Origin: Pseudomonadota bacterium
GTDB lineage: Bacteria > Pseudomonadota > Gammaproteobacteria > UBA1113
Direction: 5' to 3'
Assembly: GCA_021778015.1 (NCBI GenBank)
Contig: JAJYCX010000003.1
Span: forward strand, 35,820 to 99,819
Length of the DNA: 64,000 bases
In this document: positions 30,612-41,743 of the stretch, one piece after another
How the letters are laid out: every line of letters begins with the position of its first letter
Numbering within the stretch: the stretch's first letter is position 1
Made by a program: the position numbers and the translations under genes
The notes under the pieces: model-generated
Seen by the model: only the letters and a program-made list of their open reading frames with translations
Database searches by the model: none
What the model was told of the DNA's origin: nothing

Positions 30612-31379
30612 ATGCTAAAAATGTATCTGGTCAAAAAATTATTTATCCTTTCCCTATTTAGCCTCGTATTGGTGGCTTGTTCGACCGTAAGATACTCTTC
30701 TTCAGGTGATGCAGAACCTCTACTACAACAGCCACTTTCAGAAAATAGCAAAATTCTCATTGTTTCTGCAGTAAATGATAATTTCATTCTTCACCAAAAT
30801 TTATCTTTTAATGACTATCATCTTGGGGTCAGCAATTTAGATCAAGTCATTTCAAATGCTGTTGCCGCCCAGGTCTCTCAAAACAAACCCTATCAAGTTG
30901 TCATCAAACCTTGGCCTTTTGGTCAATTAAGTGAAGTAGAATCAGGGGGGAGTAAGTTTGGCCGTGCATTCACGAGTGGTTTATCTCAATCGCTGGTACC
31001 CGGTAGTATCTCACTGAAACCCGAAGTCATCAGTCAATTACAAAGCTTAAATAGCAATTACCACGCGGATTACTTCTTGTTAATTACTGGCAATGGATTT
31101 TTAACCTGCCCAGACTTAGGCCGTAAGGTTTCTCCTCTCAGTATCAGTCTGCAGATGTATTTAATCGATGCTAAAACGAATCGTGTGCTTACCTGGCATA
31201 GCGCCTATGGGGAAGAATCCAAACCGTATTCTACTGAAGATAATACAGCCTTATGTCAAGAAATCAGTGCCAATCAAGAAAACACGCCTAGAAAACTGTT
31301 TTTAAAACAATGGATGGTGACAGAAGCGCCACGATTAGCACAAGACGCAACCCAGGCATTATTCGCTTCTGAAAAGTAG
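30612..31379 (+). CDS. Hypothetical lipoprotein
   Basis: GAGGAG RBS; lipobox LVAC; no recognised domain. Confidence 0.7.
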   Translation: MLKMYLVKKLFILSLFSLVLVACSTVRYSSSGDAEPLLQQPLSENSKILIVSAVNDNFILHQNLSFNDYHLGVSNLDQVISNAVAAQVSQNKPYQVVIKPWPFGQLSEVESGGSKFGRAFTSGLSQSLVPGSISLKPEVISQLQSLNSNYHADYFLLITGNGFLTCPDLGRKVSPLSISLQMYLIDAKTNRVLTWHSAYGEESKPYSTEDNTALCQEISANQENTPRKLFLKQWMVTEAPRLAQDATQALFASEK

Positions 31380-31413
31380 TAAATAGGCTGTCAAGCTTTT
31401 GGTAACGCTTTAG

Positions 31414-31453
31414 CGCTTACGTTCCCACAAAAAACTTTGTGGGAACGTAAGCG
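31414..31453. terminator. Perfect 18-bp hairpin between convergent genes
   Basis: CGCTTACGTTCCCACAAA-AAAC-TTTGTGGGAACGTAAGCG. Confidence 0.7.
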
Positions 31454-31554
31454 GAATTTGTTTTTTAACTTTGAGCCAGTTGGTTGGCATCTCTAGCCGG
31501 AAGCCGCTGGAATGCATTCACGGTAGGAAGAAAAGTCATTTTTTTCTAGTGCAA

Positions 31555-31791
31555 TTATCCACCCGCAGGCGATTCTTTATGCCGAAATATGATGCGGCCT
31601 TTGGTTAAATCATAGGGAGTTAACTCAACCGTGACTTTATCGCCGGTTAGGATGCGGATGTAATTTTTGCGGATCTTGCCAGAAATATGGGCCGTAACGA
31701 GGTGGCCGTTTTCTAGTTTGACTTTAAACGTGGTATTAGGCAGGGTTTCTACAATCACCCCTTCCATCTCTATATTATCTTCTTTGGACAT
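31555..31791 (-). CDS. infA: Translation initiation factor IF-1
   Basis: [11 protein letters not shown]...[17 protein letters not shown]. Confidence 0.98.
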   Translation of the reverse strand: MSKEDNIEMEGVIVETLPNTTFKVKLENGHLVTAHISGKIRKNYIRILTGDKVTVELTPYDLTKGRIIFRHKESPAGG

Positions 31792-31830
31792 ATGTTCTCA
31801 CAGTTATTTCAAATACATTAATTAGCGTTA

Positions 31831-31877
31831 TACTTACAGCATAGGCAACAAAGCCTAAAAAGCAAATGCGAAGCGTA
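31831..31877. repeat. Family A element, internally deleted
   Basis: TACTTACAGCA...CAACAAAGCCTAAAAAGCAAATGCGAAGCGTA. Confidence 0.65.
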
Positions 31878-31896
31878 TATTTTCACCTAAAAGCGC

Positions 31897-32868
<972 letters not shown>

Positions 32869-32970
32869 TCACTTTAAATTAGGAACTAATGATAGCAGAT
32901 AATGGGGTCTTTTGCTCTTTTTTTCAAGGCAATGAGTTATCAATGAAGATGCTTAGGCATTGTATAAAAT

Positions 32971-35190
32971 TTAGATGCAATTGCTAGGTTTACTCAAATT
33001 TCTCATAGATGTTGCTGTAGATTTGGATATTGAATCAATAGGTTGTTTATTGCAAGGAAAAAACGAATCCCTTTTCGGAGAACTTTTGTCCATCATTCGA
33101 TAAAGGCCATTATTATGAGGATAAAACCCCTCATTATTTTCAATGAGCGGATCTGCCCCATAAGATAATAAAATTTCCGCTATTTTAGAAAATGAGTCTC
33201 TATTCCTTTTTTCCTGGGTCCATCGATAAGCACTTGAATTTAAAGCCGTATTGCCTTTATGGTCTCTGGCATTAATGAATCTCTTAAATTCCCGACTATC
33301 TTTTCCTGAAATTTCAGCGCTTTCCTGTAACAAAAGTGATAATAACGTTGGATTTGCTTTTATGGTAGCCTGATGCAATACCGTAGTTCCATTGTTCCCG
33401 CAGGTAGATATAAACTCATTATACAGTTCTTTTTTGCTTTGAAAAGTTTGTTTAGCGTAACAAAATAAAAGCTCAACAATTTTGAATTGCCCTGATTTAT
33501 CCAATGGGTTTCCTATAGAACACACAGCATGTAATGGCGCAATACCCCTATCGTTTTTTTGGGTAAGGTATTTTTGAAACACCGATCTTTGCATAGATCC
33601 AAAATAATCTGTATGAAATTCAAGCAACACCTGGACAATAGCGATATTCCCCTGAATACAGGCCATGTTCAATGAAGACCAATCATCATCTTCTGGGAAG
33701 AATACTTTGTTAATTAAAAAGTGGCGATTTTGTGAAAACGCTTTTCTTGTATACTTTATTAACGATATTACCGCTTCATGATTTCCATAATTACACGCTA
33801 TGGTAAGAGGGGATAGATTAGCACTATCTAGAGATGAAATAAAATTTTGAAATAATGCCATTTCGCAATTACCATGAACGCGTTTTTCTGCTACCTTCAT
33901 TAAGATGGCTACAATATTTTTATCTTTTACTTTACAGGCATAGTTTAAACATAAATGCTGCTCAGACGATTTCCTAGTTGCGGTGACTCTGGGGTTATTT
34001 GAAAGAAACTCAAAAAATCCCTCATCATCATTAAAAGCCATTTCGCCAGTATCAACTAACAGACTAACTATTTTTTCATGGCCTTTTTTACAAGCTGAGG
34101 CTAGCGGTGAAAAACCGCTATTATCAATATGTGACAAGAACCCTTTAATATATTCTTTATCATTATATTGGTAAGCATATTGTAGCAGCAACTCAACTAA
34201 CTCAGCATGTCCATGAAGACACGCTATGCTAAGTGGTGAAACCCCATAGTAGTCAATATGAAAAATAAATTGATAAAATTTATCATTATCAGCCCCAAAA
34301 TATTTTCTGGTTTTTTCTATTAACTCTTTAACAAGGGTGGCTTCGACATTACTTCCACATAGGGTTGTCAATAAAGACAAACGCTCTTGATTAACTGTGG
34401 AAACAAATGCGATAAATTCTTGATGGTCTTCCTCAGAAAATGTTTCCTCCCCAAGGGTTAGCAAAAATAGAATAATCTTATTATTACCTTGTTTACAAGC
34501 TGTGTGTAATAATGAATATTGATCTTTGTCTTTAGCTCGCATTAATGTATTCAAGATCAAGTTGAATTTACTCTTAACCAAATAAAAATTCTTAATATCG
34601 TTTACAAGTTTAACAACAGCATCATAATAGCCTATTCTGACAAGTGACATAAGGGCTGTATAATTCGTCTCTTCATCGAAGACAATACGTAATTGGCGTT
34701 GACCACGTGCTGGGTAATAAAAAAGAAAAGAAGGATCTTCTAACAAAATATCAATAAAAGGTTTTATATCTTCAAAAGATTTTTGAATTCGCGCAGAATT
34801 CCCTTCGCCCTTAACAAGATGACAATAATAATACAATATGTTTTGCAAGGCATCGCACCACGCTATTGTTAACTCACTTGTGCTGCTGTCTCTAGAGAAT
34901 GAGTCGTTGCTAAAATCCTTTTTTTGGTAGATATCAAGAAATTCTTGGTAGAGACTATCTAAGGATAATCGTAGATGTCTAGCATCCGCATGCAAAGGTA
35001 ATTCTAATATCTCTTTGAGGTTTCTTATAGAAGAACGTCTGAAATTGGCTGAAATAAATGGAAATTCAATTACATTCCCATTTTCTTTTTTTGATTCCAG
35101 GAGGTCTTGTTTACATTTTTTAGTAGGACTACTTCTTTCATCTATACTATCACGCGTACGTTTTTTAGATACAATATCTTTCATTGCCAC
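32971..35190 (-). CDS. Ankyrin-repeat protein, candidate secreted effector
   Basis: About ten long-spaced ankyrin repeats (SPLSIACLHGH, SPLASACKKGH, SPLTIACNYGN, TVLHQA, LLSYGADP); AT-rich. Confidence 0.88.
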   Translation of the reverse strand: MAMKDIVSKKRTRDSIDERSSPTKKCKQDLLESKKENGNVIEFPFISANFRRSSIRNLKEILELPLHADARHLRLSLDSLYQEFLDIYQKKDFSNDSFSRDSSTSELTIAWCDALQNILYYYCHLVKGEGNSARIQKSFEDIKPFIDILLEDPSFLFYYPARGQRQLRIVFDEETNYTALMSLVRIGYYDAVVKLVNDIKNFYLVKSKFNLILNTLMRAKDKDQYSLLHTACKQGNNKIILFLLTLGEETFSEEDHQEFIAFVSTVNQERLSLLTTLCGSNVEATLVKELIEKTRKYFGADNDKFYQFIFHIDYYGVSPLSIACLHGHAELVELLLQYAYQYNDKEYIKGFLSHIDNSGFSPLASACKKGHEKIVSLLVDTGEMAFNDDEGFFEFLSNNPRVTATRKSSEQHLCLNYACKVKDKNIVAILMKVAEKRVHGNCEMALFQNFISSLDSANLSPLTIACNYGNHEAVISLIKYTRKAFSQNRHFLINKVFFPEDDDWSSLNMACIQGNIAIVQVLLEFHTDYFGSMQRSVFQKYLTQKNDRGIAPLHAVCSIGNPLDKSGQFKIVELLFCYAKQTFQSKKELYNEFISTCGNNGTTVLHQATIKANPTLLSLLLQESAEISGKDSREFKRFINARDHKGNTALNSSAYRWTQEKRNRDSFSKIAEILLSYGADPLIENNEGFYPHNNGLYRMMDKSSPKRDSFFPCNKQPIDSISKSTATSMRNLSKPSNCI

Positions 35191-35390
35191 CGCCGTATAT
35201 TTTTTATTATAATCTTTATCAAAGAACTAGAGCGTGATTTACCAAAAGAATAGGTTTTATTATGTTACTTCCTGCTTGAGGGAGTAATATAATGTATCAA
35301 TATTTCTTTTTTTTGTCAATCCGCCGTATCAGAAAAATTCATTATATCTATAAGGGAAGAGATTTAAATCTGGCATAAATAGGAAAAATA

Positions 35391-36803
35391 TTATAAATCA
35401 AAAGGGTTCAATATTTTTGAGAATTTCTTATTTTTTTGCAACCGATAAAACAGCATTACGGGTGCCACAAACAGCACTAAGCCGCCAGAGAAAATCAGGG
35501 CATAACGCAGCGGATCGCCGACGGGGATATCGCTGGGTGGAATAACGCCTATAACCAAGGCAATGCCGCAGCCTATCAGTCCTAAAATAGCCACTGTCAG
35601 AGTACCACCTATGCCTTTGCCCAATTGAAAGGAGCGTATTTGTTGAGGCTGTTTCCATTTGATATAAATAGCTGCTGCCAGCAGCAATACATACATCAAT
35701 AAATACAATTCAGTGCTCAACGCGGTTAACAACCAATAACCGCCATTTACGCTGGGAAATAATAAAAAAGCACCCGAAATAATACTCACTAAAACGGCTT
35801 GTGATATTAACAAACGATGCGGTACTTCGCTTTTATTGGTATGACGAAAAAATTTTGGTAAAAAGCCATCGTGGCCGGCTTGTAGCAAGCCTTTAGCCGG
35901 GGAAATCACCCAACTGATCATGCCCCCTATGCTGCCGACTAAAATCATCACACCGACTACGGGCAATAAGAATTGCGCATGATACACCGCCAAGAAATTA
36001 TCAAAAGCTTCAATGACGCCATTGACTATGTTGATATTAGACTGCGGTAAAATCATGGCAATCGTTAACGCGCCAAAAGCCATGGTAATGAGCACGAAAG
36101 GCACGGCCATGGCGAGCGCTTTCGCATAGTCTTCGCCTGGCTTTCTTAAATGATTGATGTGCACACCAGCTAACTCAATCCCTAGGAAGCCAGCAATAAT
36201 GGCGGTTAAGGATGAAAACGCACCGTGTTGTTGTCCTATGGGAAAAAAAGCATGCAGAGATAATTCTACTTGCGTAGGGCGATTGGTTAATAACCACCAT
36301 ACGCCAGCCAATAAAATCAAGGCTAAAGGTATCACCATGCCCAATAAGGCCATCCAAGATGCAGCGCGAGTTGATAAACGTATGCCGCATAAATTGAGTA
36401 AAGTTAAACCCCAAAAGGTAACCAGTATAAGCGTTAAAATAAACCAATTATGCGTTGCCAATGCGGGATTAATAAAATAAGTGGCGGTACCTGCTAGAAA
36501 AGAGAGGATGGTTGGAAACCACACCATGGTGTTGATCCATTGTAACCAAATAGCAAGAAACCCCGTTCTCGCACCAAAAGCACTTCTTACCCATTCGTAA
36601 ATACCAGTACCTACGCGACTAGCGGCTAATTCTGCCGATACCAAAGCGATGGGTAATAAAAAGGTAACCGCAGCCAAACAATAATACATCACCAACGAGC
36701 TGCCGAATAAAGCGGTTGTGGGTAGATTACGGATACTGTCTACAGCACCAGCGATAAATAAGACCAACGTAAAACGAGAAATATAAGTTTTGTCTATCTG
36801 CAT
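35391..36803 (-). CDS. APC-superfamily amino acid permease (GadC-like)
   Basis: VDSIRNLP, LVSAELA, GIYEWV..AFG, FLGIEL; about twelve TM segments. Confidence 0.88.
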   Translation of the reverse strand: MQIDKTYISRFTLVLFIAGAVDSIRNLPTTALFGSSLVMYYCLAAVTFLLPIALVSAELAASRVGTGIYEWVRSAFGARTGFLAIWLQWINTMVWFPTILSFLAGTATYFINPALATHNWFILTLILVTFWGLTLLNLCGIRLSTRAASWMALLGMVIPLALILLAGVWWLLTNRPTQVELSLHAFFPIGQQHGAFSSLTAIIAGFLGIELAGVHINHLRKPGEDYAKALAMAVPFVLITMAFGALTIAMILPQSNINIVNGVIEAFDNFLAVYHAQFLLPVVGVMILVGSIGGMISWVISPAKGLLQAGHDGFLPKFFRHTNKSEVPHRLLISQAVLVSIISGAFLLFPSVNGGYWLLTALSTELYLLMYVLLLAAAIYIKWKQPQQIRSFQLGKGIGGTLTVAILGLIGCGIALVIGVIPPSDIPVGDPLRYALIFSGGLVLFVAPVMLFYRLQKNKKFSKILNPFDL

Positions 36804-36826
36804 AGGGTAGTATCCGTAATTATAGT

Positions 36827-37990
36827 TTAAAATGCTTTTTGTAAAGCTTGAGTAATATCCGCTTGTAAGTCTTCTATGGCTTCAATGCCTACTGATAAGC
36901 GCACTAGAGTATCGTCTATGCCCAGTGCGGCGCGCCGTTCTGGCGGCAAAGAGGCGTGGGTCATGAGGGCAGGGTGACACACTAGACTTTCCACACCGCC
37001 CAGGCTTTCAGCCAAAGTGAACACGCGCAATTGTTCTAAGAACAGCTTGGTTTCAGCTAATCCTCCTTGCAGACGCAGGCTGATCATGCCACCAAACTGG
37101 CGCATTTGCTTTTTGGCCAAGGCATGTTGCGGATGTGAGGCAAGGCCGGGGTAGATGACTTCTTTAATATGAGATTGGGTTGTTAACCATTGCGCCAAGG
37201 CTAGAGCATTATTGCAATGGCGCTCCATGCGCAAAGCCAAAGTTTTAATACCGCGTAAGGCCAGAAAAGCATCGAAGGGGCCAGCAATAGCGCCTACGGA
37301 ATTTTGTATAAAGCCCATTTGTTCCACTAAGGCGGGATTATGACCTACAACCGCTATACCACCCACCATATCGCAATGGCCATTTAAATATTTAGTGGCG
37401 GAATGCACGACGATATCGGCACCCAAAAGCAAAGGCTGCTGCAAATAAGGCGTGGCGAAGGTATTATCGACTACTGTCATTAAGCCCAATGCTTTAGCCT
37501 CTGCTAATAAAACCTTTAAATCGGCTAATTTGAGTAGGGGATTGGTAGGGGTTTCCAGCCATAATAATTTGGTTTTTGGTGTTACATGCTGTTTTAGATC
37601 AGCCTCAGGTAGGCTAAAATCGACATAGCTAAAGGACAATGCCGCGCTGCGTGTGCGCACACGGTTAAATAAACGCACCGTGCCACCGTAAAGATCGTCG
37701 CTGGCAATGACATGATCGCCGCTATCCAATAATTCCAATATAGAAGAGATGGCCGCCATACCTGAAGCAAAAGCAAAGCCTGCGGCACCTTCTTCTAGAT
37801 CAGCCACACAGCGTTCATAAGCAAAGCGGGTTGGATTTTGCGTACGCGAGTATTCATAGCCTAAGTGTTGCCCCGGGCTTTTTTGGGCGTAGGTAGAGGT
37901 GGCATAAATAGGGGGCATAATCGCGCCCGTACTGGGATCCGGCGACTGGCCAGCATGGATAACACGGGTATCAAAGGCTTTTTTAGTCAT
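36827..37990 (-). CDS. Cystathionine gamma-synthase/gamma-lyase (PLP-dependent)
   Basis: YEYSRTQNPTR, FASGMAA, ETPTNP, HSATKYLNGH, AESLGGVESL; start set at MTKK. Confidence 0.93.
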   Translation of the reverse strand: MTKKAFDTRVIHAGQSPDPSTGAIMPPIYATSTYAQKSPGQHLGYEYSRTQNPTRFAYERCVADLEEGAAGFAFASGMAAISSILELLDSGDHVIASDDLYGGTVRLFNRVRTRSAALSFSYVDFSLPEADLKQHVTPKTKLLWLETPTNPLLKLADLKVLLAEAKALGLMTVVDNTFATPYLQQPLLLGADIVVHSATKYLNGHCDMVGGIAVVGHNPALVEQMGFIQNSVGAIAGPFDAFLALRGIKTLALRMERHCNNALALAQWLTTQSHIKEVIYPGLASHPQHALAKKQMRQFGGMISLRLQGGLAETKLFLEQLRVFTLAESLGGVESLVCHPALMTHASLPPERRAALGIDDTLVRLSVGIEAIEDLQADITQALQKAF

Positions 37991-38132
37991 ATTAAATTCC
38001 ACTGCGACGATGAAATTCGAGTCTAACATTTCATTTAAGGCATTACAATGCATAAATTATCACAGAAAATGGTTTAACTTTTAGTTAAATTGTTATAACT
38101 AGCCATATAATTTAGTTTTTTCATCTAAATGC

Positions 38133-38263
38133 TTGACAACAGATTGAAAAAGCAGATAAAAATAACACTGTGACTAATGGCAACACAGCTGAGTAAACCT
38201 GCGTGCTTATTTTAGCGGGAGGATCACGTGTTTAACGACAACTTTTATAGGGATTTAACAATC
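38133..38263 (+). promoter_or_regulatory. Duplicated promoter/leader of the porin genes (second copy 39446-39575)
   Basis: TTGACA -35 box; near-identical leader in both copies; -10 box weak. Confidence 0.5.
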
Positions 38264-39310
38264 ATGATTAAACGTGTAACTTTATTGGCTTTACTCGGTG
38301 TTTCAGCTTCTAGTATAGCTCTAGCCGATACCTACAACCCTCCAGCACCTGCCCAACCGTGTAATTTAATGTGCACAGAAGCCATACCAGGTGGTTTTTA
38401 TGTAGGCGTTACGGGTATTTATGCTCAGCCTAGTACAAGTGGCATAGGACAAGTCCTAAATAGTTTCCAATATCAGCAAGCAGATGGTCAGCTTTTATCT
38501 CAAACTAAGCCCGTGGAACCTTCCAATTACGGCGGAATTGGGGCTAAGGCGGGTTATGATTTTGCGTCTAGTGCTAATAGCTTAGAATTTGACTATTTGC
38601 ACTTCAATAGCAGCACATCCGTGGGATTTGATTCAGCAGGTCTATATTCTATAGGCGGTATTATATCTCCCAATATAATTTTTCCGGATCCGAGTAGTGT
38701 GGGGGCAGCAGGCAATGAAAAGCTTGCTTATAATCTTAATCAATACGATTTATGGTTAGCACATACCTTTGGTTCTTCAGTATCTGATTTTATTTTTAAA
38801 CCCGCCATAGGTATACGTTATGCCAGTATAAGCAGAAATGATACGGCTACTTCCCTAAGCTATAATACAGTCATAGGTGGCGGGCAACAAAGTTCTGATT
38901 TTCAAGGCTTAGGGCCAGAAATGGGCTTTGATGCACACTATAAGCTAGGGTATGGCTTTGGTGTGATTGGCCATTTTGATGATGCTGTTCTGGCTAGCCG
39001 GATTAGTGATTCTGGGGAGAATATTTCCATTCCTTCTTTTGGACTTAATTCCGTACTTAAATTGAAAGATAGTAATCGAGTCAGTAATGTTGTTACTGCA
39101 AGATTGGGCGCAGATTATCAGTATGTATTTACCAATGGTAGTAGCCTTGGATTAGAGGGTGGTTATCAGGCAATGCAATATTCGAATGCCTTTGATATTG
39201 TCCAAGGGGATCTGAACATAACAGGTCCGTATGAACAACACATCACAGGTGTTAGCAGTGAGGACTTTTCACTTAGAGGGCCGTACTTGACGCTGACATA
39301 TCACGTGTAA
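38264..39310 (+). CDS. Lpg1974/Legionella MOMP-like outer-membrane beta-barrel, copy 1
   Basis: Signal peptide, SDFQGLGPEMGFD, LGADY, LEGGYQ, C-terminal GPYLTLTYHV; GTG at 38228 is an alternative start. Confidence 0.8.
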   Translation: MIKRVTLLALLGVSASSIALADTYNPPAPAQPCNLMCTEAIPGGFYVGVTGIYAQPSTSGIGQVLNSFQYQQADGQLLSQTKPVEPSNYGGIGAKAGYDFASSANSLEFDYLHFNSSTSVGFDSAGLYSIGGIISPNIIFPDPSSVGAAGNEKLAYNLNQYDLWLAHTFGSSVSDFIFKPAIGIRYASISRNDTATSLSYNTVIGGGQQSSDFQGLGPEMGFDAHYKLGYGFGVIGHFDDAVLASRISDSGENISIPSFGLNSVLKLKDSNRVSNVVTARLGADYQYVFTNGSSLGLEGGYQAMQYSNAFDIVQGDLNITGPYEQHITGVSSEDFSLRGPYLTLTYHV

Positions 39311-39343
39311 TTTCTATTCCAGTTAGTTAATAAACCACACATG

Positions 39344-39373
39344 AGGGCCAAGCTTTAGAGCTTGGCCCTTTTT
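39344..39373 (+). terminator. Intrinsic terminator
   Basis: AGGGCCAAGCT-TTAG-AGCTTGGCCCT-TTTT. Confidence 0.85.
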
Positions 39374-39575
39374 ACGAAAGAATAGTACAATTTTTAGTTA
39401 AATTGTTAGAATGAATGTTAAAATTCACTTTTTTCATCTAAATGCTTGACAACATATTGAAAAACCAGGTAAAAATAACACTGGATTAATGGCAACACAG
39501 TTGAGTAAACCTGCGTGCTTATTTTAGCGGGAGGATCACGTGTTTAACGACAACTTTTATAGGGATTTAACAATC

Positions 39576-40583
39576 ATGATTAAACGTGTAACTTTATTGG
39601 CTTTACTCGGTGTTTCAGCTTCTGGTATAGCTTTAGCTGATACCTACAACCCCCCAGCACCTGCCCAACCTTGTAATTTAATGTGCACAGAAGCCACTCC
39701 AAGTGGTTTTTATGTGGGCGTTACGGGTATTTATGCTAAACCCAGCGAAAGCGGCATAGGCTTAGTCACAGACAGTTGGCAGTATCGACAACCAAATGGA
39801 GCGCTGCTCTCTCAAAGTAAACCCTTTGAGGAAGATAATAGGGGCGGAATAGGCGCGAAAGTGGGCTATGATTTTGGCGCATCGGCAAATAGTTTGGAAT
39901 TTGATTATTTGCATTTCAACAACAGCACGCACGGATACAATACTTCTGCCGGGTCACCTGAGTCATTTGGGGCGGTTTTCTTTCCCGACATAGTTGTGCC
40001 TAATCCCGCATCTATAAATTTGATCAGCGATGCAAATCTAGCTTATAACTTAAACCAATATGATTTATGGTTAGGACATACCTTCGGTTCCGCCGTCTCT
40101 GGTTTTACCTTTAAGCCTGCTATAGGTGCACGTTATGCCAGTTTAAGTCACAATATGACTTTCGCAGCTCCTGGTTACATCAAGAGTGATTTCCAAGGCT
40201 TAGGGCCAGAAATGGGCTTTGATGCGCATTACGAAATAGGATATGGTTTCGGCGTTATTGGTCACTTGGATGATGCTGTATTGGCAAGTAACGTGGATAG
40301 TTCTTCTTTCCTTGGCTTTGCACCAATTAATGCTCAATTTGATGCTAAGACAAGCAAACGTGTAAGCAATGCAATTACCGGTAGATTGGGCGCAGATTAC
40401 AAATATGTATTTGCCAATGGCAGCAGCCTTGCACTAGAAGGCGGTTATCAGGCAATGCAATACTCGGATGCCTTTGATCTTATCCAAGCTGACGCGTTAC
40501 CAAGTGAACAGCATATTGTAGACGTCAACACGAACGATTTCTCACTCAGAGGTCCTTACTTGACGCTAACGTATCACGTGTAA
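39576..40583 (+). CDS. Lpg1974/Legionella MOMP-like outer-membrane beta-barrel, copy 2
   Basis: Tandem paralog with the same motifs and a near-identical N-terminus. Confidence 0.8.
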   Translation: MIKRVTLLALLGVSASGIALADTYNPPAPAQPCNLMCTEATPSGFYVGVTGIYAKPSESGIGLVTDSWQYRQPNGALLSQSKPFEEDNRGGIGAKVGYDFGASANSLEFDYLHFNNSTHGYNTSAGSPESFGAVFFPDIVVPNPASINLISDANLAYNLNQYDLWLGHTFGSAVSGFTFKPAIGARYASLSHNMTFAAPGYIKSDFQGLGPEMGFDAHYEIGYGFGVIGHLDDAVLASNVDSSSFLGFAPINAQFDAKTSKRVSNAITGRLGADYKYVFANGSSLALEGGYQAMQYSDAFDLIQADALPSEQHIVDVNTNDFSLRGPYLTLTYHV

Positions 40584-40613
40584 TTTTTGTTCGAGTTAGT
40601 TAATAAACCACAT

Positions 40614-40643
40614 AAGGGCTAAGCTTTAGAGCTTGGCCCTTTT
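40614..40643 (+). terminator. Intrinsic terminator (duplicate)
   Basis: AAGGGCTAAGCT-TTAG-AGCTTGGCCCTTTT. Confidence 0.85.
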
Positions 40644-40765
40644 CTATATACTTTAATTTCACGCTGCGCCTCTAAATCGCTATTACCGCCTTGAAATCTT
40701 AAAAATGACTAGGTAGTGTATACCCAGCTTAGTCATACAGATGCATATTAGGACGCGAGCAGAAT

Positions 40766-41644
40766 CTATTGAATAGTGCACCATCCCGGACATCTCGCAC
40801 GATCTACGTCTCTGTTATTCAATATTTCATCCATTTGAACATGTTCTGATTGACTAGGTTCTAACAATTGAATCCTGTCTTGCACGTTTTGAACGGATAA
40901 GTTAATGTAGTCTCTGTCACCTAATATTTCATCCGTTTGAAACCCCAGCTTGTTATAATAAGATCCGGGTGAGTTGCTTCCGCACAGTCTAAGGCCTTCT
41001 TGCCCATTTCTAGCCGCTAAATCTAGCAGGTATGAAATGACAGCAGAGGCATTTCCTGAAGTACGCAATGGTCTTTCTATAGTATTCAGTTTAAGGTTGC
41101 ATGGAGCTGTGACAAGGTAATCAAGATATACTTTTCTAGCATTGGAACGATACTGAAACGTTGCCATAGCCTGTATCTTTTTGTCTGGCTCCCTTTTAAC
41201 GAGCAAAAGAGTACACTCAGGTTCCTCAACCCTAGAATTTCCTACCATTGATAGCATCGCGGCAGTAAGACGACTAGTAGCGCGCCCACAAATATCTTGA
41301 GACTGCTGCATTCTATAACGCACTTCCAATAATAGTATCTGGAGAATCTCATGATTAGCAAGAATAAGCTTTAAATCATTACGGTTGGTCGTTTTCTTCC
41401 TCAATTCGCATAACTCGTTTTCCCATTCGTTCAATACAATTCTTATATCATTCCCTTCATTAGTGCTCATTTTAGATAGCTGTATGGGGCACACTTGAAT
41501 AGCGGGGTCGATTTCTTGAACAACACCCATCTCACGATGCAACGCAACCAAGTCTATTCGACCCAGTTCTATATTAGATCTGGGTTTGGATACTGTAGGC
41601 TCAAATAAAGTGTACCTTAATTTCTCTCGCGAATTAGTTTTCAT
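40766..41644 (-). CDS. GNAT-like protein with C-terminal CaaX box, candidate effector
   Basis: VYLDYLVTAP, RTSGNASAVI, SYYNKLGF resemble GNAT motifs A/B; ends CPGWCTIQ. Confidence 0.6.
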   Translation of the reverse strand: MKTNSREKLRYTLFEPTVSKPRSNIELGRIDLVALHREMGVVQEIDPAIQVCPIQLSKMSTNEGNDIRIVLNEWENELCELRKKTTNRNDLKLILANHEILQILLLEVRYRMQQSQDICGRATSRLTAAMLSMVGNSRVEEPECTLLLVKREPDKKIQAMATFQYRSNARKVYLDYLVTAPCNLKLNTIERPLRTSGNASAVISYLLDLAARNGQEGLRLCGSNSPGSYYNKLGFQTDEILGDRDYINLSVQNVQDRIQLLEPSQSEHVQMDEILNNRDVDRARCPGWCTIQ

Positions 41645-41743
41645 GGATACCCCCCCTTTTCTATTATATATTCAATACTGTACTCGTTTGCTCGCAATGA
41701 TGGAACCGCAAGCTCTACGCTATCGAAATCTACTCATAGACCC

